Shown: positions 15,583-20,000 of the stretch, one piece after another
How the letters are laid out: every line of letters starts with the position of its first letter
Numbering within the stretch: the stretch's first letter is position 1
Virus record (IMG/VR): IMGVR_UViG_2651870170_000001
From: an uncultured virus (IMG/VR IMGVR_UViG_2651870170_000001)
Taxonomy: Duplodnaviria; Heunggongvirae; Uroviricota; Caudoviricetes
Direction: 5' to 3' (one strand)
DNA: 20,000 nt
The notes under the pieces: model-generated
The model's database searches: none
The model's input: only the letters and a program-made list of their open reading frames with translations
What the model was told of the DNA's origin: nothing
Translations under genes and position numbers: made by a program

Positions 15583-15854
15583 CTAACCGGGAAGCATTCG
15601 AAGCGGCCATGACGAAGTTGGCCGAACAGCCGGAAGATGCATTTGAGAAGCCGTATCCGGATGATGACGTGAACGCTCATTGGGCGGTCTGGAGGGCCGC
15701 CGAGGCATCTGCGATTGAACGGTGTCTGAAGATCGTCGAAACCTACGAGGTCAGCGTCGGCAATAGCGCTGCTGGCGAGATCGCATGCGAAATGACGATG
15801 GCTAACTTGCGCGAGATCCGGGATGAGATGCGGGGACTGAGGGGGTCGACATGA
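15579..15854 (+). CDS. Phage hypothetical protein
   Basis: GGAGG RBS, GTGA coupling; REAFEA...W..W.AA module. Confidence 0.7.
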   Translation: MTNREAFEAAMTKLAEQPEDAFEKPYPDDDVNAHWAVWRAAEASAIERCLKIVETYEVSVGNSAAGEIACEMTMANLREIRDEMRGLRGST

Positions 15855-16099
15855 CCAACAACGAAATCACCGCGATCTGGGAAAGCATACCAGGCAAGTT
15901 CATGGTGGATTTTGGTTATCAGCAGTTCGCTCACAGGCTGCTTGAAGCGGTCGAGATACGGACGTCCGATATCAAACCGCTGGCGGCTGAACTCCGCTGG
16001 TGCCTCGCCAACGCACCGGGCCCGCGCACTGAGGCTGCATTACAGTGGGCGCTTGATACGCTCGAAGAGATGGAACAGACAACTGAGGAGCAGACGTGA
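15851..16099 (+). CDS. Phage hypothetical protein
   Basis: GAGG RBS, ATGA coupling. Confidence 0.7.
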   Translation: MTNNEITAIWESIPGKFMVDFGYQQFAHRLLEAVEIRTSDIKPLAAELRWCLANAPGPRTEAALQWALDTLEEMEQTTEEQT

Positions 16100-16398
16100 G
16101 CAAGAAAACCAATGTCGCGCACGAGAACGTGAGCAAGCTTGCGTCGCTCGGAATCGCCGCGATGGAGTATGAGGCAGCCAGACGTTCAGCCTACGTAGAG
16201 CTTAAGGCTGTTCGCGATGCTCGCAAAGAGTGGAACATCGAAAATGGTCACGAAGAAGATTTGCCGCCCGAGGCGAAGCAGCAGTATTCGGTGGCAGCCA
16301 AACGCCGGAAGAACGCGCGCGAACGCCTGCAACGAATGATCTCGCGCTATCGGGATTGGCTGGAAGGAGTGAATACATCATGGAACGCCGCGAAGTAA
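16096..16398 (+). CDS. Basic helical hypothetical protein
   Basis: GAGGAG RBS, GTGA coupling. Confidence 0.65.
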   Translation: MSKKTNVAHENVSKLASLGIAAMEYEAARRSAYVELKAVRDARKEWNIENGHEEDLPPEAKQQYSVAAKRRKNARERLQRMISRYRDWLEGVNTSWNAAK

Positions 16399-16625
16399 TC
16401 GACCTGTTCGGCGAAGTGCCGAAGCATCAGCAACGCCAGCCCAAGCTAGTCCGCATGCATGTAGTCGAAACGGGCGATGACTGCGGCTACTATCCGGTCG
16501 GCGTACCGGCTGCTGTGCGATTCGCCTGCCGCCAATGCAGCGAGGTAACGGACTGGATGTTCGTGATGGCGACGACTGCGAAACGCGGCATTCCATGCCC
16601 GAAATGCAATGGAGAAAAATCATGA
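16380..16625 (+). CDS. Zinc-ribbon protein
   Basis: AAGGAG RBS; MHVVE, CRQC, CPKC. Confidence 0.75.
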   Translation: MERREVIDLFGEVPKHQQRQPKLVRMHVVETGDDCGYYPVGVPAAVRFACRQCSEVTDWMFVMATTAKRGIPCPKCNGEKS

Positions 16626-16697
16626 CTCTCGCCACCGGCAAGCGCATTAGTGCAAGAGAGGCGGTCCTGGGTGTGGGGTATTGGAAGGGGAGGGGAA

Positions 16698-16910
16698 ATG
16701 GATTCGATGTTTCTGACCGAAAATGAACTTGCCGAGCTGACCGGTAAGCGCCGCCACAACGCCCAGGTGAAAGTCCTGCGCGGCATGGGCGTCGAGCATA
16801 AGATACGCCCAGACGGCTCTATCGTCGTCCTGCGCGCCCACGCCGAACGGATCTTGGGTGAGCGCGCGCCGAAGTCTAAAATCAAAGCCTGGGAACCTGC
16901 TTTCCACTGA
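16698..16910 (+). CDS. xis: DUF4224-type excisionase/recombination directionality factor
   Basis: FLTENELAELTG...Q...L..MGV...RPDG..VV signature, directly upstream of int. Confidence 0.8.
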   Translation: MDSMFLTENELAELTGKRRHNAQVKVLRGMGVEHKIRPDGSIVVLRAHAERILGERAPKSKIKAWEPAFH

Positions 16911-16912
16911 CC

Positions 16913-17965
16913 ATGCCACGCGCCAAAAACAAGGAAAACCTGGGTTTGCCGAAGCGCTGGACGAACGTCCACGGGGCCTACTATTACCAGGTGCCGAAGG
17001 GGCTCGAGTCGGCGTGGGATGGGAAGAAGAAATTCCGGCTCGGGAAGACGCTGCCAGAGGCCTACAAGGTGTGGGCCGACAGGATTGGACGAACTGACAA
17101 TGTGCGGGCGGTGGGCGACCTTCTGGACCGTTACGCGCTCGAAGTCATTCCCGGCAAGGCGCCATCCACGCAGACGCAGAACACGGCCAGCCTGAAGAAT
17201 ATTCGGACATTTTTCGGCACCGCTCCACTGTCCGAAGTGAAGCCGATGCACATTTACAAGTATCTGGACTGGCGGCCGGCAAAGACGTCGGGAAAGCGCG
17301 AGATCGAGATTCTGTCGCACGCATTCACGAAGGCGGTGGAGTGGGGCTATATCGAGAAACACCCGTTCGCCTGGCAGTTGCGGATCGAGTCCGACGCCCC
17401 GCGAACCCGTTATGTGGAGGATTGGGAGATTGTCGAGTGCCTGTCGATCGATTCGAAGCGCAAGAAGGGAAGCATCCTCGCCGTCCAGTCGTATATCCGG
17501 GTCAAGTTGCTGACGGGGATGCGCCGCGGCGATCTGCTGCGCCTGAGCATGTCTGATCTACAGGACGATGGCATCCACCTGACGCCGAACAAGACGAAGA
17601 AGTCTACCGGCAAGCGCGTCATCATCGGTTGGTCCGAGGAATTGCGGGAAGCGGTCGCCATGGCGAAGGCTGCGCGTCCGGTGATGATCGGCCCGTTTCT
17701 GTTCTGTAATCGCTCTGGTGAGTGCTACATCGACGAGGCGACGGGTAGGGCTGGAGGGTGGGAGTCTTTGTGGCGCGGATTCATGGCGCGTGTCCTGAAA
17801 GAGACCAAGGTGACAGAGCGGTTCACGGAGCACGATCTACGCGCGAAATGCGCGAGCGACGCCGAGACACTGGCGCATGCCCAGGCACTCATGACGCACG
17901 CGGACAGCCGGATCACCGATCGGATTTACCGCCGGAAACCGGAGATAGTGAAGCCGCTCAGATAG
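16913..17965 (+). CDS. int: Tyrosine integrase
   Basis: TGMRRGD (R), KT.K, HDLR, H...T..IY catalytic residues; N-terminal arm-binding domain. Confidence 0.95.
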   Translation: MPRAKNKENLGLPKRWTNVHGAYYYQVPKGLESAWDGKKKFRLGKTLPEAYKVWADRIGRTDNVRAVGDLLDRYALEVIPGKAPSTQTQNTASLKNIRTFFGTAPLSEVKPMHIYKYLDWRPAKTSGKREIEILSHAFTKAVEWGYIEKHPFAWQLRIESDAPRTRYVEDWEIVECLSIDSKRKKGSILAVQSYIRVKLLTGMRRGDLLRLSMSDLQDDGIHLTPNKTKKSTGKRVIIGWSEELREAVAMAKAARPVMIGPFLFCNRSGECYIDEATGRAGGWESLWRGFMARVLKETKVTERFTEHDLRAKCASDAETLAHAQALMTHADSRITDRIYRRKPEIVKPLR

Positions 17966-18101
17966 GGCGGGAAGTGGGCTATTCGAGGGGTGACGTAGTA
18001 AACGAATCAACGTGTTACGACGCATGATTGTGTGGCACAATAACCCACGTTGAAAGGCTGATAGCCTTGTTTGGCAAGGCGAAGAGATTAAAGAACGTAC
18101 C

Positions 18102-18144
18102 GGTTAATAACCTATCCGGGGTTCGAATCCCCGTCTCTCCGCCA
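18102..18144 (+). other. att core: 3' half of a tRNA-Ser (variable arm, T arm, acceptor, CCA)
   Basis: ggttaataacctatccggggTTCGAATccccgtctctccGCCA; G discriminator and long variable arm fit Ser; no 5' half upstream. Confidence 0.85.
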
Positions 18145-18304
18145 GAATTACCTTCCATGCGTTTTCAAGCAAACCCGCCAAGCCAAGCTGTATAGGGCTT
18201 CGCGGCGATCCAGTACCTCCACCAGCATTCAGTAAAAGTCTTAATCCCGCAATTTCCCGGGCACCTTTTGACGCCGGTACCGGTCATTCGATCTACGTGC
18301 GTAA

Positions 18305-18736
18305 TCAGTGATATGTCGTCGTCGAGGATTGCAGCTTCGTCAGCGCACCTTGCTTGAATCGAAACCAGCCTTGCGCGCCTTGCATCACGACTTCATCGTT
18401 TTGCCAGAACACGCGCTTGACCGTCATGCGCGTGCTCAAGCGCTCCACCAGTGGCGGATGGTGGCGAAAGTCGTATAGCACCGGGCCGGAATCGGTCTGC
18501 ACGAGCGTGCGCGCGACGGTGTCACTTGCATTGCCGATGTCATCGAAATGCGTAAGCGTGTTCGCGCCGAAGCGATCGAAAATTTTATTGTCGATCATTG
18601 CCACGAAACCGCTATCGACGCGCTCAAATTGCAGTTCGCCTGAGCGCGTAACGAGCGGACCGGATGCATTGCTTTGCGCATGAACGCAAGTCGCGAAAGA
18701 GGTGGCTGCGATCGCAGCGAGGAGCAGTCGTTTCAT
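18305..18736 (-). CDS. Secreted hypothetical protein
   Basis: Sec signal peptide MKRLLLAAIAATSFATCVHA; outside the prophage. Confidence 0.85.
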   Translation of the reverse strand: MKRLLLAAIAATSFATCVHAQSNASGPLVTRSGELQFERVDSGFVAMIDNKIFDRFGANTLTHFDDIGNASDTVARTLVQTDSGPVLYDFRHHPPLVERLSTRMTVKRVFWQNDEVVMQGAQGWFRFKQGALTKLQSSTTTYH

Positions 18737-18776
18737 GTTGCCTTTCAGATTTTCTTGAGTAATCCATCTTCATCGC

Positions 18777-20000
18777 TCACAGCATGCGCAAGCGGTTCGC
18801 CTCTATCTTGCCCGCGATCAGGCTCACCGTCGCACGCCGAACAGGAAATCCCCGCGCGTGATCCCGAAACCGCCCAGCCACTTCCGCAGTGCGTTCAATG
18901 ACCGCCTCCGCGGCGCGGGCCGGTAGCCCCGTCAGGCTGGCAAGCTGCAACAGATGCTGACGCGCCGGCGCGCGGCTTTCGCCGCACACGTCCATTTGAT
19001 GTTCACCACCCGGGCCTTCGTTGAAAGTCAGGTCATAAGCCGGGGAGAATTGCCACTGGCCCTGCGCCGACAGAAGGAAAGAGAAGTTTTTGGTGTGATC
19101 GTCCCGGTTGTTGAAGATCACGTTGAACACGCAGCGCTCAAAAGCCCGCAACACTTCACGTTCATCGCGCGTCATGAAGCGCGTCAGTTTCAGAAGCGAA
19201 CCATAGTCGACGGATGGATAGCGGAAGTTGGCGTTCAGTGCGCCGGCAGCGGTGTGCATCGGCACGCGCTGAGCGCCGAACCGGTCGAAGCGCTCGATGC
19301 CGAATGCCGAAAGACGGGATCCAAGGTCGAAGTACCTTGTTGCCGGCACCGGAATCTCAGACGCCTGTGCAAGCACGGCATAGAGCGCCTCGACTGCGCA
19401 CACTTCCTTGTGCTCGTGCTGGGCCGGAAACTTGACCAGCCAGGGCGTGCCGGCACTCTGTTCCGAGTTCGACATCCGGCCAGTCTGCGGCTCGAAGTTG
19501 ACCAGCACTTTAGGCCGGGCACCGTGTGGCGAGCCACCCATCAGGACGAGTTCGCGCAGCAACGCGGCACTGCCGTCCGTCATCACTTCGCGGATCTCCT
19601 GCGCAAGCTCGATAAGTTGCACGTCGGAAGGTTGCAGAACATCGCCTTGAGCCGGCTCGAAAGCAAGGGCGCCCATTGCCTTCTCGCCGATGAAGGCAAG
19701 ACGGTCGAGCGGGGACATCCGCGCAGGCTCCCAGCCCCGCTGCCGAAACAGCCGGTCCATCAGTAGCATGCCCCAGCCGTCGGGCAGGGCATCGGAAACG
19801 AACCCTGGCAAGCGAAGCTGGTGGTCCGGGAAGCCCTCGTAGGCCGGCTGACGCAATGCCAGGTGCAAGGGAGAAAGCTCGAGACCGCGTTGCAGTGCTT
19901 CGGCGGAGTACTCGAATAGCAGGTTGGTCCCGTCGTCCCCGAGCTTGCCCAGCTCGAAACGCTCGCCCCAGCCGCGATAGACGACGCTCAGCTTTTTCAT
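18777..20000 (-). CDS. hipA: HipA-family Ser/Thr kinase toxin
   Basis: N-terminal LSP...DALPDGWG, GGSPHGARPK P-loop, WLVKF, ERFDR, NRDDHTKNFS, SPAYD. Confidence 0.92.
   Translation of the reverse strand: MKKLSVVYRGWGERFELGKLGDDGTNLLFEYSAEALQRGLELSPLHLALRQPAYEGFPDHQLRLPGFVSDALPDGWGMLLMDRLFRQRGWEPARMSPLDRLAFIGEKAMGALAFEPAQGDVLQPSDVQLIELAQEIREVMTDGSAALLRELVLMGGSPHGARPKVLVNFEPQTGRMSNSEQSAGTPWLVKFPAQHEHKEVCAVEALYAVLAQASEIPVPATRYFDLGSRLSAFGIERFDRFGAQRVPMHTAAGALNANFRYPSVDYGSLLKLTRFMTRDEREVLRAFERCVFNVIFNNRDDHTKNFSFLLSAQGQWQFSPAYDLTFNEGPGGEHQMDVCGESRAPARQHLLQLASLTGLPARAAEAVIERTAEVAGRFRDHARGFPVRRATVSLIAGKIEANRLRML

Larger units (their letters stand above)
1..18144. mobile_element. Lambdoid prophage, early/immunity/integration arm; left part extends beyond the window
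   Basis: cro/cI/cII arrangement, dense small overlapping (ATGA/GTGA) phage ORFs, recombination module, xis-int pair ending at a tRNA 3'-half att site. Confidence 0.95.

Noticed and set aside
16622..16726. 34-aa ORF MTLATGKRISAREAV...
   Set aside because: Has ATGA coupling but overlaps xis by 29 nt and has no recognisable features; insufficient support
18060..18144. Intact tRNA gene
   Set aside because: No 5' acceptor strand, D arm or anticodon arm upstream; only the 3' half is present

Overview
Positions 1-18144 are the immunity, early and integration arm of a lambdoid (temperate) prophage. Gene content suggests a Burkholderiales host (inference). On the minus strand are cro/YdaS-like and cII-like genes plus small early genes. 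On the plus strand are a CI repressor with two HTH domains and an S24 peptidase, a terminator, and an operator-covered pL-type promoter. This promoter heads a roughly 15 kb early operon of about 35 mostly translationally coupled genes. The operon includes a 27-bp-repeat protein, an acyl carrier protein, a coiled-coil/putative annealase/exonuclease module, a MazG-like-HNH fusion, an ASCH protein, a DUF4224-type excisionase and a tyrosine integrase. It ends at an att core made of the 3' half of a tRNA-Ser. Beyond att are a secreted hypothetical protein and a HipA-family kinase toxin. The least explained features are two long ORF-poor, hairpin-dense inserts in the operon (3142-3935 and 6037-6317) and a smaller one (11729-11807). 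These are candidate structured RNAs, and the first carries a boxA-like site although no N-like gene is recognisable. All family calls come from motif recognition by eye; no searches or folding programs were run.
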